The position numbers and the translations under genes are program-made. A stretch of 64,000 bases of DNA, from positions 198,087 to 262,086 of the forward strand of contig JAKAWT010000001.1 in NCBI GenBank assembly GCA_021816845.1, written 5' to 3'. Source of the DNA: a bacterium (GTDB lineage Bacteria; Patescibacteriota; Dojkabacteria; JAKAPS01; JAJZLI01). The number at the start of each line of letters is the position of its first letter. Positions within the stretch are counted from its first letter, which is position 1. Below, piece by piece: positions 38,789 to 48,906 of the stretch. The notes below the pieces were generated by a model that was not told the origin of the DNA, did no database searches, and saw only the letters and a program-made list of their open reading frames with translations.

Positions 38789-40449
38789 TGGCTTAACAAA
38801 ACAAGTACTAGTGGATTTTTTCCATATTTTTCAACTAACATAGTTGATATAGATTTTGCAATTGCGTTTCTCATATCCTGAAGATCTGGTATTTTCTCAT
38901 AGATTTTATCTTTAAACATAAAATCTACATTTTCTTCTACATATCTAATTAATTTATAATTTTCCTTTGAGAATATAAAACCTCTTGATATTATATTTGG
39001 TGTACCAATCATTTTCTTTTGAGAATCTACATTTATATTGACTAATAATATACCATTTTCAGATAATTGTTCCCTTTCCTTCATAACCTTGTTTCCTATA
39101 TCTCCCAGTAGATTATCAGAAATTCTTACAGGAACATGAGTAATCCTTTCACCTATGCTAAATCCTTTACCTTCTTGATATTCAAATACACTTCCATCTT
39201 TAGGCATTAAAATCTTATCTTCCTTAATACCTACAGATTTTGCAGTTTTTTTATGAGAATCAAGAAAAGATTGATACCCTTCTATAGGCATGAAATATCT
39301 TGGTTTTATTAAATTCAATAGAAGTTTATGGTCTTCCTGATGAGCGTGTCCACCAGCATGTACATCCATGATACTTTGGTGAATGACGTTGGCTCCGGAA
39401 CCAACTATATAATCAAGAAGTTTTTGCACTAGTGCAGCATTAGTAGGAATTACTGATGAAGATAATATTACTGTATCTTCTTTCTTTATTGAGATTTGTG
39501 CATGATCTCCTAATATCATCCTCATTAACCCAGCATTCTCCTCACCTTGAGCTCCAGTAGTTATTATTAGTATCTCCTTATCTGGATACTTAGATGTATC
39601 TGAAATTTTTATAAAAGTGTCCTTTGGTACATCCAAATAACCAAGGTTCTTAGCAATTTTAATAGTTTTCTCCATAGATAATCCTGAGATAGCTACCTTC
39701 CTCCCGTATTTATGTGAGAGAGATACTAATTGGTTTACCCTTGTTAATAAAGATGAAAATGTTGCAGCAATAATCCTACCTTCTGAATGTATAATAATAT
39801 TCTCTAAAATTGGAGTTATGGCACTTTCAGAAACAGACATTCCTGATTTGTTAGCATTTGTACTGTCAGACATTAAGAGTAACACTCCTTCTTCCCCAAC
39901 TTTGGTTATTTTATGATACTGAGTAACAGGTTCTTCAAATGGAGTATTATCAAATTTGAAATCTCCTGTATGTACAAGATTCCCAAATTTTGTACCAACT
40001 ATAATTCCAACTGAATCTGGTATATTATGATTAACTCGAAAAAAACTCATACTAAAAGCACCTAAATTAAATTTATCTTCTGGGGAAAATTCTATTATCC
40101 TAGCCTTGTTTTTTAAACCAACTGATCTATCTGCAAGCTTTTCTTTAATTATTTCAACAGTCATCTTTGTTCCATAAATAGGAGGATTACCAAGTTTATC
40201 AAGGACGTATGCTAAACCTCCTATATGATCTAGATGTCCATGAGTGATAACAAATCCTCTTATTTTATCTTTATTATTCTGTAAATACTCAAAATTTGGT
40301 ATTAAAAAATCAATTCCATATAAATTATCTTCTGAAAATCCTAGCCCAAAATCAATAACAATAATATCATTGCCTAATTCTATGATAGTAGAATTAATAC
40401 CTACTTCCTCTACACCTCCTAGTGTAATCACTTTTAATTTATCGTTCAT
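38785..40449 (-). CDS. rnj: Ribonuclease J
   Basis: LGGVEEVGIN, THGHLDHIG, HTGDFKFD, DSTNA, TGAQGE and HAGGH. Confidence 0.96.
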   Translation of the reverse strand: MNDKLKVITLGGVEEVGINSTIIELGNDIIVIDFGLGFSEDNLYGIDFLIPNFEYLQNNKDKIRGFVITHGHLDHIGGLAYVLDKLGNPPIYGTKMTVEIIKEKLADRSVGLKNKARIIEFSPEDKFNLGAFSMSFFRVNHNIPDSVGIIVGTKFGNLVHTGDFKFDNTPFEEPVTQYHKITKVGEEGVLLLMSDSTNANKSGMSVSESAITPILENIIIHSEGRIIAATFSSLLTRVNQLVSLSHKYGRKVAISGLSMEKTIKIAKNLGYLDVPKDTFIKISDTSKYPDKEILIITTGAQGEENAGLMRMILGDHAQISIKKEDTVILSSSVIPTNAALVQKLLDYIVGSGANVIHQSIMDVHAGGHAHQEDHKLLLNLIKPRYFMPIEGYQSFLDSHKKTAKSVGIKEDKILMPKDGSVFEYQEGKGFSIGERITHVPVRISDNLLGDIGNKVMKEREQLSENGILLVNINVDSQKKMIGTPNIISRGFIFSKENYKLIRYVEENVDFMFKDKIYEKIPDLQDMRNAIAKSISTMLVEKYGKNPLVLVLLSQ

Positions 40450-40482
40450 ATTTTTATTTTCTCCTTGGATATAGATCCTCTA

Positions 40483-40842
40483 TTATAAAATTATTATAAT
40501 AAGCAAGCCTCCTTGCTTTTTTATATATACATGAGTACCTTTTTTAGAAAGTACACTTTTATTTTCAACTTTACCTTTTAAATTTTTAACAACTGTACGT
40601 TTAGATAGCCTTAAAGATAGGGTATCTCCATTCAACGTTGATACTTTAAGTATATTATTTTTAAAAGATTCAATTTTTCCTAGAACAGCAATATTCTCTT
40701 GATGAGGACCATGACTTTGGTGATAACCATAAAATCTTAGGTGAGAACCAAATACCGCTCCCAAAGAAAAAGATATAAATAGCAATACAGCAAAAACGAT
40801 TCCGGCCGAAAGGGAAATTATAACAAGTTTACTTTTCTCCAT
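40483..40842 (-). CDS. Small membrane-anchored protein (DUF5666/OB-like), ECF accessory
   Basis: N-terminal TM, then GKIESF...TV beta pattern. Overlaps the anti-sigma gene. Confidence 0.55.
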   Translation of the reverse strand: MEKSKLVIISLSAGIVFAVLLFISFSLGAVFGSHLRFYGYHQSHGPHQENIAVLGKIESFKNNILKVSTLNGDTLSLRLSKRTVVKNLKGKVENKSVLSKKGTHVYIKKQGGLLIIIIL

Positions 40843-41105
40843 ATCTCTTTAATTTTAAATAATACTACCATAAAAATTACAACAGAAAAAGCCAATACTA
40901 ATATTGAGACACTAGTCTGATAATATACTTGAAAGATAGATATTATAGCTACCATAATTGAAAATATCAAGAGAAATCCAAATATGAATGGATAGTACAA
41001 CATATATAGTTTCCTTTTCCTATTGATCTTATCTATAAGATCATTGTTAAAACCTTCACTTACTTTATAAGTCTGTAAATTGTTAAATATATCCATTAAG
41101 TTCAT
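40818..41105 (-). CDS. Putative membrane anti-sigma factor
   Basis: SEGFNNDLIDKI followed by two TMs. Overlaps the ECF sigma stop. Confidence 0.65.
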   Translation of the reverse strand: MNLMDIFNNLQTYKVSEGFNNDLIDKINRKRKLYMLYYPFIFGFLLIFSIMVAIISIFQVYYQTSVSILVLAFSVVIFMVVLFKIKEIWRKVNLL

Positions 41106-41607
41106 TTTTAATTGCCTCCTTCGCTCTTCTGATTCTAGTCTTTACTGTACCAAGAGGAACATTCAGAATTTCAGAAATCTCATTGTATGAGAATCCTTCC
41201 ATATAGTACATTAATAAAACTATTTTATATTTTTTCCCTATTTTATTCAACGCTGTTTGTACTAAATGTTCTCTCTCATATGTGTCCTCCTCTTTGTGAG
41301 GATCTGTTGGGTCATCATCTAAGCTAGAGAGTTTTCTTTCTCTAAATTTATTATATATAGTATTTTTGGATACTCTATAAATCCATGTTTTAAAAGAAGC
41401 CTTGGTTTCGTCATACTTGTCTAGTTTAAAATATACCTTAACAAATATATTTTGAACTAAATCCTCGGTATCTTCTCTTTGAGAGAGATACCTTAAGGTG
41501 AAATTGTATATATTATCCTTATATCTATTAACCAACTCCTCAAAAAACTTTATATCTCCAGTCTTCCTAAAATTGGTGACAAGCTCTTCATCACTGATTG
41601 TAACCAT
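41083..41607 (-). CDS. ECF RNA polymerase sigma factor (SigW-like)
   Basis: EDLVQNIF, FKTWIYRV and SYNEISEILNVPLGTVKTRIRRAK. Confidence 0.95.
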   Translation of the reverse strand: MVTISDEELVTNFRKTGDIKFFEELVNRYKDNIYNFTLRYLSQREDTEDLVQNIFVKVYFKLDKYDETKASFKTWIYRVSKNTIYNKFRERKLSSLDDDPTDPHKEEDTYEREHLVQTALNKIGKKYKIVLLMYYMEGFSYNEISEILNVPLGTVKTRIRRAKEAIKNELNGYI

Positions 41608-41622
41608 TCACCTATATATGTA

Positions 41623-41649
41623 TACAAAAATTATTTCTTATTTGTTTCA
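41623..41649 (-). promoter_or_regulatory. Autoregulatory ECF promoter
   Basis: Minus strand TGAAAC-N17-TGTA, 15 nt upstream of the sigma ATG. Resembles SigW/SigM-type TGAAAC-N16/17-CGT promoters. Confidence 0.6.
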
Positions 41650-41666
41650 TATTGATAAAGTATGTA

Positions 41667-43007
41667 TTATCTTCTATAAACCTTATCTTTTATATTCTTT
41701 ATTATAAATGAGGGTCTTGATATGTTTTTCTTCTCATAATAAAAAGCTCCCATAAAAACAAGAAGTAATGCTACTATGAAAGATAATACAGACACAGAAA
41801 GCAACATTAGGACAGTGGCTATAACACCAAAAAGTGGTAGTATCTCTCCTCCCAATCTTTTAAAAGTTTTCTCTCCTATTATATCACGAAATCTAATATG
41901 TATCATCACTGCAGCAAAATTAATCAGTATAAATATAAACATTACAATTGTTGCAGCTACCTCAACAAGAAAATTTATATTATTTACCAGTAAAAATAAT
42001 GAAGTAACTAGAAATATGAAAATCAAAGAATTTTTTGGTGCATCATATTTATTTAACCTAACAAATTTTGAAGATATCTGATTCTCCAAAGCCATACTTG
42101 ATATTGTTCTAGTTGTTGAGATTATGTTTGAATTAGCTGATGATAGGGTAGCAAATAATGCAGCTAGTGGAATTAGAAATCCGAGAGTTCCCATAGATTT
42201 CTCGGCTGCCAAACCTACAGATGCTACATTAAAATTTGATCCTAAAATAGATATTGTTGCAATAACAACCAAAAGATAAATTACAAGAACAAATATTAAT
42301 GATAAAATAATTGCCATTGGTATATTTTTTTTAGGGTTTTTAGTTTCTACTTCCATGTTAGAAATGACTTGAAATCCCATAAAAGAAATAAATAAAATAC
42401 CTATTACTCTAAATACACCACCTCCTCCATATGGAAAGAAATTAGAAAAGTGAGATAGATTAATATGTGCTATACCAAATAATCCAAATAAAAATAGTAT
42501 AAATATTGTCACCATTACCAGTACACCTTCAAACCACTTGGTATCAGATAAATCTAGGTATGCTAAAATCATAAGTAATATTAACGCTATAAAAGAGAAA
42601 TATATAGGATGAATATTGTGTATAAAAAAAGTAGACATATAATCTCCAAAAACAGAAAGTACAAAAGCTATAAATATAGCACCACTTATGTATATGGCCC
42701 ATCCTGATATAAATCCAAGAAAATTGCCTAAAAGCTTTTTTATAAATAAATATCCTCCTCCGTCTGAAATGTATAAGGCGGATAGCTGGGCATATGATAT
42801 TGCAGATATTAGGATAATAAAGAAAGCAATAATGTATGAAATAATGGCACCTGGACCAGCAATATTAACTGAGATACCTGTAAGAGCAAATATACCTCCA
42901 CCTATAATTGACCCTATTGAGAATATTATAGCGCCAAGTAATCCTTGCCTATTTTCCCTACTTAAAGAAACAGAGTCTAATCTTTTACTCTTTTTAAATA
43001 TAGACAT
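41667..43007 (-). CDS. APC-family amino acid permease
   Basis: IGSIIGGGIF, AGPGA, GGGY, FMGFQ...ETKNPKKNIP and 12 TMs. Confidence 0.93.
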   Translation of the reverse strand: MSIFKKSKRLDSVSLSRENRQGLLGAIIFSIGSIIGGGIFALTGISVNIAGPGAIISYIIAFFIILISAISYAQLSALYISDGGGYLFIKKLLGNFLGFISGWAIYISGAIFIAFVLSVFGDYMSTFFIHNIHPIYFSFIALILLMILAYLDLSDTKWFEGVLVMVTIFILFLFGLFGIAHINLSHFSNFFPYGGGGVFRVIGILFISFMGFQVISNMEVETKNPKKNIPMAIILSLIFVLVIYLLVVIATISILGSNFNVASVGLAAEKSMGTLGFLIPLAALFATLSSANSNIISTTRTISSMALENQISSKFVRLNKYDAPKNSLIFIFLVTSLFLLVNNINFLVEVAATIVMFIFILINFAAVMIHIRFRDIIGEKTFKRLGGEILPLFGVIATVLMLLSVSVLSFIVALLLVFMGAFYYEKKNISRPSFIIKNIKDKVYRR

Positions 43008-43167
43008 AACTTAACTAAAAATATACTTAATTATAACTTTTGCTCTAATATAATACTATAATTGCTACCTTGAAATTCAAAAAATGAATACCAAGGATTA
43101 TAACGAATATTTAAGCAATGAGAAAATTACAATATTAATCATATAACATCTGGTTTATTAAAATTGG

Positions 43168-43401
43168 CTATGACCGTGGAGCCAATTTGAGAATTTCTTT
43201 TATACGACCGACTCTATCTCTTAAATCTACATACTCACGATCAAAAAAGGATACTATTGTATTTATATCCTTTCTAGTTTTGCTACTATCACTCTTCAGA
43301 ATATTGATATCACTTTTCACTTCCTTCATATCAATCTTAAGAGGATCTACTTCCTCATGTAGTAATTTTTTGATTTGTTGTAGATCATAGTTATTAAGCA
43401 T
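43168..43401 (-). CDS. Small coiled-coil hypothetical protein
   Basis: 77-aa heptad-repeat ORF. TGaTATCAT lies 6 nt before the ATG. Confidence 0.65.
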   Translation of the reverse strand: MLNNYDLQQIKKLLHEEVDPLKIDMKEVKSDINILKSDSSKTRKDINTIVSFFDREYVDLRDRVGRIKEILKLAPRS

Positions 43402-43463
43402 ATATGAATGATATCAGGTTGATATTGAGATCTCAAATATGTATATAATATAAGCAAAAAATG

Positions 43464-43492
43464 TTGACTTTTAGAAAATTCTTTGATAACAT
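43464..43492 (+). promoter_or_regulatory. Sigma70 promoter of rpsO-pnp
   Basis: TTGACT-N17-TAACAT with TG extension. Confidence 0.6.
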
Positions 43493-43596
43493 AAGGTCAA
43501 GCTTCTTTTACTAATTAAACTTTTAAGTATACAAAAGATTTTTCGAATACTCATGATATATATTTGTAAGGTTGTGAGTATTTTATTGGTTTTAAT

Positions 43597-43890
43597 ATGG
43601 CAAGAAAAAAAGAATCAGAGATTAATTTAATCAATGAGACAAGAGATAAAATTATAAAGCATTTTTCCACACACGAAGGTGATAATGGTTCTCCAGAAGT
43701 ACAAACAGCACTTTTTACCAAAAGAATTTTGCAATTATCCGAGCACCTGAAAGAGAATAAGAAAGATAATCACTCAAGAAGGGGATTGCTACAAATAGTA
43801 GGTAAAAGAAGAAGAATATTGCAATTTCTAGAGAATAAGGATCCCGAAAGGTATAAAGTATTGATAGATAGGTTAGGCATTAAGAGATGA
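43597..43890 (+). CDS. rpsO: 30S ribosomal protein S15
   Basis: [11 protein letters not shown] and [10 protein letters not shown]. Confidence 0.98.
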   Translation: MARKKESEINLINETRDKIIKHFSTHEGDNGSPEVQTALFTKRILQLSEHLKENKKDNHSRRGLLQIVGKRRRILQFLENKDPERYKVLIDRLGIKR

Positions 43891-45962
43891 GTATTATAAA
43901 AAAAGAAACGACCCTCCAAGACACAAAAATTTCATTTGAATCAGGAATATTTGCACCAAAAGCACATTCATCAATTTTAGCTACTATGGGAGAAACTGTT
44001 GTTTTAGCAACAGTAGTAACAAGAGAAATGAAAGAAAATCCTGGATTTTTTCCTCTCACCATAGAATACATGGAAAGGTTATATGCTAGCGGAATGATCT
44101 CATCTTCAAGATTCATTAAAAGGGAAGGGAGACCTTCAAGCAATGAAATTTTGAAAGCAAGAATGATTGACAGATCCATAAGACCTATATTCAAAGAAGA
44201 TTTCAGAGATGAAATACAGCTTGTAGTAACTGTATTATCATATGATAAGATTAACGACCCTGTGATAATAGGAATCTCTGCTGCGTCTCTAGCTTTGATG
44301 GTTGCAGGTATACCCTTTGAAGGCCCAGTAGCTGGAATTAGAGTGGGACTTTTAGACAACCAATTTGTTCTAAATCCTGTACCTACAATACTAGATTCTT
44401 CAGATTTAAATCTTTTTATATCTGTAACTTCGGACTCAATCTCTATGATTGAAGCGGGTTCAAATAATATACCTGAAGACAAAATGATTGAAGCAATAGA
44501 GTTTGCAAAAGAACAAACAAAACCTCTCATTGACATACAGAATGATTTTCTTAGTGAACTTAATAATAGAAATAACATAGAATATACTAAACATGGAGTA
44601 GACGAAGCACTACTTAAAGAAATTGATTCCAAATTCCATGATGATATTGAAAAATCAATTTGGGACACAGAAGATAAAGAACTCGAGAATAAAATAGGAG
44701 AAACTTTTGACATAGACCATGATCCTAAGGATGTTGAGGAAGCTGTCCATGAGTTGTTTAGAAGATCATTCAGAGGAGGGATACTAAAAAATAGTGTAAG
44801 ACCAGATAAAAGAGCCCTTGATGAAGTGAGACCTTTATATATCAAAGTTGATATTTTACCAAGAACTCATGGTTCTGCAATATTTCAAAGAGGTGAAACA
44901 CAAATTCTGTCAGTCGCTACTCTAGCCTCCTCAAAACAAAGCCAGACTATAGAAAATATAGAAGGAGAGGAAGTAAAAAGATACATGCATCACTATAATT
45001 TTCCAGGCTGGTCAGTCGGTGAGATAAGTAGGAATCTATACTACCCATCACGTAGAGATATAGGACATGGAGCTTTAGCTGAAAGAGCGTTAGAACGCCA
45101 AATACCTCCAATGAGTGAATTCCCATATGCAATAAGAGTTGTATCGGAAACATTATCATCTAATGGATCATCATCTATGGCATCTGTATGTGGTTCCACC
45201 CTAGCCTTAATGGCTGCAGGTGTGAAAATTAAAAATCCAATTTCAGGATGTGCTATGGGACTTGTAATGGATGAAGAATCATCAAAATATGTTATTTTAA
45301 CAGATATCCAAGGGCCAGAGGATCATTTTGGAGATATGGATTTTAAAGTTGCTGGATCTAAAGATGGTATAACAGCATTACAAATGGATAATAAATTAAA
45401 AGGAATATCAATAGAAATTCTAAAAGAAGCATTAGATCAAGCGAAAAAAGCTCGTTTATTTATACTATCTAAGATGCTTGAGGTATTACCTACTCCTAGA
45501 GAATCATTATCAATATATGCTCCACAAATCAAAGTTATAAAAATAGATTCTACTAAAATAGGTGAAGTGATCGGAGGTGGAGGAAAAACTATTAAAAATA
45601 TTATAGAAAAATCTGGTGCAGATATAGAGATATCTGATGATGGATCTATATCAATATCTGCAGTTGAGGAGAAACAATTTACTCTAGCTCTTAAGATGAT
45701 AGAAGATATAACAAAAGAGGTCGAAGTTGGACACACTTATGAGGGCAAGGTAGCCAAAATTACAACTTATGGTGCCTTTATAAATGTTACACCATCAATA
45801 TCTGGACTAGTACATGTATCAGAAATGTCAGATAAGTTTACGAAAGACCCAACAGAGATAGTATCTGAAGGAGACACCGTATTGGTCAAAATTATAGGAA
45901 AGGATGATCAAGGAAGATTAAAATTTTCAATGAAACAAGCATCTGAAGAAGATAAAGAATAA
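43887..45962 (+). CDS. pnp: Polyribonucleotide nucleotidyltransferase
   Basis: [39 protein letters not shown] and S1 domains. Confidence 0.98.
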   Translation: MSIIKKETTLQDTKISFESGIFAPKAHSSILATMGETVVLATVVTREMKENPGFFPLTIEYMERLYASGMISSSRFIKREGRPSSNEILKARMIDRSIRPIFKEDFRDEIQLVVTVLSYDKINDPVIIGISAASLALMVAGIPFEGPVAGIRVGLLDNQFVLNPVPTILDSSDLNLFISVTSDSISMIEAGSNNIPEDKMIEAIEFAKEQTKPLIDIQNDFLSELNNRNNIEYTKHGVDEALLKEIDSKFHDDIEKSIWDTEDKELENKIGETFDIDHDPKDVEEAVHELFRRSFRGGILKNSVRPDKRALDEVRPLYIKVDILPRTHGSAIFQRGETQILSVATLASSKQSQTIENIEGEEVKRYMHHYNFPGWSVGEISRNLYYPSRRDIGHGALAERALERQIPPMSEFPYAIRVVSETLSSNGSSSMASVCGSTLALMAAGVKIKNPISGCAMGLVMDEESSKYVILTDIQGPEDHFGDMDFKVAGSKDGITALQMDNKLKGISIEILKEALDQAKKARLFILSKMLEVLPTPRESLSIYAPQIKVIKIDSTKIGEVIGGGGKTIKNIIEKSGADIEISDDGSISISAVEEKQFTLALKMIEDITKEVEVGHTYEGKVAKITTYGAFINVTPSISGLVHVSEMSDKFTKDPTEIVSEGDTVLVKIIGKDDQGRLKFSMKQASEEDKE

Positions 45963-45965
45963 TTT

Positions 45966-47069
45966 TTAAATTATTCCTATAATCTTTTTTACAATATCAT
46001 CAATAGGACCGGTATCTTTGAATATATAAACACCACTGTCTAACTTATAATCAGGATATAGTTTCTTAATATTATTAGCCTTTATAACATCACTAAAGTC
46101 TTTAAGATAAATTTTATAATTATCTATACCTGCAAATATACATGTAAACAGAGCTCCTTTTATATATATATCATTAAGAAGCGAAGTTGAAGTTATCTCT
46201 TCTTCATCAATATTAGATATTACAAACATAGATTTCTTAAATTCTACTTCTTTAGCATTTTTCAATATTTCAAACTTTTCTTTCAGATCAGATATAGACC
46301 TTGGTGCAGATAAATCAATAGTTGCTAAGTTTAAATCTCCTCCACGATTTATAATATTAGATACATCCATAAAAGTTTTCTCAGTTATTGATTTACCACG
46401 CAAAAAATCTGTGTTTGAAAGTATCCCCATTAATGTTAATTGATAATCTTTCTTTGACACTATAGAATCAATTGCAATAAGCATATGATAAATTATTTGT
46501 ACAGTTGAATTAACATTATTGGCTGTTAAATTTAATAATCCGTATTGTTTGTTATCAATATGTGAATCTATATTAACTATTTTAATTTTATCTTTGTTAT
46601 CTATATCTTTTTTATATACCTTATATAACTCCCCTAGATAACTTAAATCAGCAGTGTCTATAGCAAATATAGTGTCATACTCAAATTCACCTTTTTCAAT
46701 TTTTACATTTGATGTATCTAAAGTTCCATTATGTAATCTTACATGGAATTTAAAATTATCTTTATCATATTCATACCTGACTGAGTCTATTTTTACATCA
46801 TCCTTTTTTATAGATATTATATATTCAAGTTTTGGATATTCATTCTTTATATCTTCTTCAAGTAGCATTGAATAATTAAGTAATAATCCCAACCGTTCTG
46901 GAAATTTTGGAATATATATGTCTATTTTCTTTTTAAAATTAATACTTAAAAAATGCCACACCAAAAGCACAGATGCTATGCTATCGTAGGTTGGTCTTGT
47001 ATGAGATACAATAAGAATCCTATTTGATGCATCTACTATATCTTTTATTTTTTCTATATCTTTCTCCAT
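45966..47069 (-). CDS. DHH/NrnA-fold protein, degenerate active site
   Basis: ILIVSHTRPTYDSIAS, IVNIDSH.DN..YG and GILSNTDFL. ATG 47069 preferred over TTG 47081. Confidence 0.75.
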   Translation of the reverse strand: MEKDIEKIKDIVDASNRILIVSHTRPTYDSIASVLLVWHFLSINFKKKIDIYIPKFPERLGLLLNYSMLLEEDIKNEYPKLEYIISIKKDDVKIDSVRYEYDKDNFKFHVRLHNGTLDTSNVKIEKGEFEYDTIFAIDTADLSYLGELYKVYKKDIDNKDKIKIVNIDSHIDNKQYGLLNLTANNVNSTVQIIYHMLIAIDSIVSKKDYQLTLMGILSNTDFLRGKSITEKTFMDVSNIINRGGDLNLATIDLSAPRSISDLKEKFEILKNAKEVEFKKSMFVISNIDEEEITSTSLLNDIYIKGALFTCIFAGIDNYKIYLKDFSDVIKANNIKKLYPDYKLDSGVYIFKDTGPIDDIVKKIIGII

Positions 47070-47181
47070 TATAACCCCCAATAACTGATAATCTTGATCA
47101 AAGGATTTTGATCCAGAAGTTACCTAATATTAATGGGGCAGTTTCACAAGAACCAAAGGGCTAGACCTTAGGTCCAAAATT

Positions 47182-48780
47182 TTATACTTTCTCTACTTTA
47201 TAATCGATGACTACATCCTTCTCTTGTACACCATCAAATGTAGGATTGAGAATTATACCACATTCTCTTCCTGAAATCACTTCGCTGACATCATCTTTAA
47301 GATGTTTCACTGATCTTATTTTACCTTCATATATTTCTTCATCACCTCTAAAAATTTTACATTTGTTATTTTTTATTATTCTACCTTCAAAAACAAGGCC
47401 TCCTAACACTACAGATTTATCTGATAATACAAATATCTTAGAAATCTCCATCTTCCCCATCTCTACATCTACATATTCAGGAGGTATGAGTGACTCCGCT
47501 GCATCTCTAACATCTTGTATGAGTTCATATATTACAGAATATTCCATAAAAAGTAATCTCGAATCTTGGAGGATTTTCTTAATTCTAGATGATACCCCAA
47601 CTTTAAAAGAGAGAATTATTGAGTGAGTAGATTTAGCTATAGTGCAATCTTCTTCCGTAATATCACCAACTTCAGCTTTTATGATTTTTATATCTATATT
47701 ATTAAGCTTTATCTTCTCTAAAGCAGAGGTAATTGCTTCTAATGAACCTTCAGTATCAACTTTCAAAATTATAGACAATTGTTTTTTTTGATTATTATCA
47801 CCAAAAAAATCTTCAAATCCTTCATTATCGACAATCAACGATTCATTCTTTGAATCTTTATCATTCCCATGTAATTTATTACCGTGTAATACATTACCGT
47901 GTAATTCATCTATTTTAAAATCCATTTTTTTATCTTGAAAAAATATTCTGTCCCCAATAGACAAGTTTTTATTTTGCCCTACAATATATACTGGCATAGA
48001 AGCCCCTGCTTCTTTCATAAAAATACCTTTATCATTTTTTATTGATCTTACTCTACCCAAGGATTCCCCATTTGAGGAATAAATGTAATCAGATATCTTT
48101 AACACTCCATTCTCAATAATTGCAAGGCTCATATTCCCTATATTCCTGTCCTTAAATGATTCTAAAATAGTCAAGGAAGGCCTCAAAGTAGTTTCATCAC
48201 GTACATTAAAAGAAATGTCATACTCAAGTAATATTAAATCTAGTAAATCATCTATCCCTTGTTTAGTTTTTGAAGAGACTGATATATATGTAGTATCTCC
48301 ACCATAACCCTCAAGAAGAATTCCTTCTCTACCTAGTTCTGCTTTAATCTTTTCAATGTTTGAATTGGGAAGATCAGCTTTTGTAAAAACTACTATAGTC
48401 TTTAGTTTTTGGGATTTTATAATATTAATAACCTCTTTTGTTTGAGGTTTTACTCCATCATCCAATGCGATAATAAGCAATACTATATCTGTCATTAAAA
48501 CTCCTCTCTCCCTCATGCTAGTAAAGAGTTCATGTCCCGGAGTATCTATAAAGGTTATATGTCTATCTTTATATAAAATATCAAATGCAGAAATATGTTG
48601 AGTTATACCTCCAGATTCATTCTCCACTACAAAGCTCCCTCTTATTGCATCTAGTAAAGATGTTTTTCCATGGTCAACATGACCCATAATCGTAACAACT
48701 GGAGGTCTACTATTAACCACTTGCTCACTTTCAGATTTTTTTGGGTCTATACCCTTTATATCTTTTTTCATATTTACCAT
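47182..48780 (-). CDS. infB: Translation initiation factor IF-2 (short, no N-terminal domain)
   Basis: [29 protein letters not shown] and ECGI. Start placed at ATG 48780, 8 nt after TGaTATACT. Confidence 0.96.
   Translation of the reverse strand: MVNMKKDIKGIDPKKSESEQVVNSRPPVVTIMGHVDHGKTSLLDAIRGSFVVENESGGITQHISAFDILYKDRHITFIDTPGHELFTSMRERGVLMTDIVLLIIALDDGVKPQTKEVINIIKSQKLKTIVVFTKADLPNSNIEKIKAELGREGILLEGYGGDTTYISVSSKTKQGIDDLLDLILLEYDISFNVRDETTLRPSLTILESFKDRNIGNMSLAIIENGVLKISDYIYSSNGESLGRVRSIKNDKGIFMKEAGASMPVYIVGQNKNLSIGDRIFFQDKKMDFKIDELHGNVLHGNKLHGNDKDSKNESLIVDNEGFEDFFGDNNQKKQLSIILKVDTEGSLEAITSALEKIKLNNIDIKIIKAEVGDITEEDCTIAKSTHSIILSFKVGVSSRIKKILQDSRLLFMEYSVIYELIQDVRDAAESLIPPEYVDVEMGKMEISKIFVLSDKSVVLGGLVFEGRIIKNNKCKIFRGDEEIYEGKIRSVKHLKDDVSEVISGRECGIILNPTFDGVQEKDVVIDYKVEKV
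47863..47907. repeat. 3 x 15-bp tandem repeat in the IF-2 linker (LHGN x3)
   Basis: attcccatgtaattt/attaccgtgtaatac/attaccgtgtaattc. The unit contains the palindrome ATTAC-N3-GTAAT. Confidence 0.8.
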
Positions 48781-48826
48781 CAAGATGAAGTATATCACTT
48801 AATAGTACCTAAACAAAGCCTTTAAA

Positions 48827-48890
48827 GGATCCAGATTCGAAAATCTAAATCCAAGAATCTGAACCCAAAGGGTCTGAACTCAAAAGTCTA
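48827..48890. repeat. Array of about 4.5 degenerate 12-bp palindromes (14-15-bp period) between nusA and infB
   Basis: ggatccagattc-ga-aaatctaaatcc-aa-gaatctgaaccc-aaa-gggtctgaactc-aa-aagtcta. Confidence 0.7.
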
Positions 48891-48906
48891 ATGAATGTTT
48901 TTATTA

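Noticed and set aside
43880-44845. 321-aa minus-strand ORF
   Set aside because: Antisense shadow of pnp.
48827-48890. Possible mini-CRISPR array
   Set aside because: Units are 12 bp with 2-3-bp gaps. There are no spacers and no cas genes.
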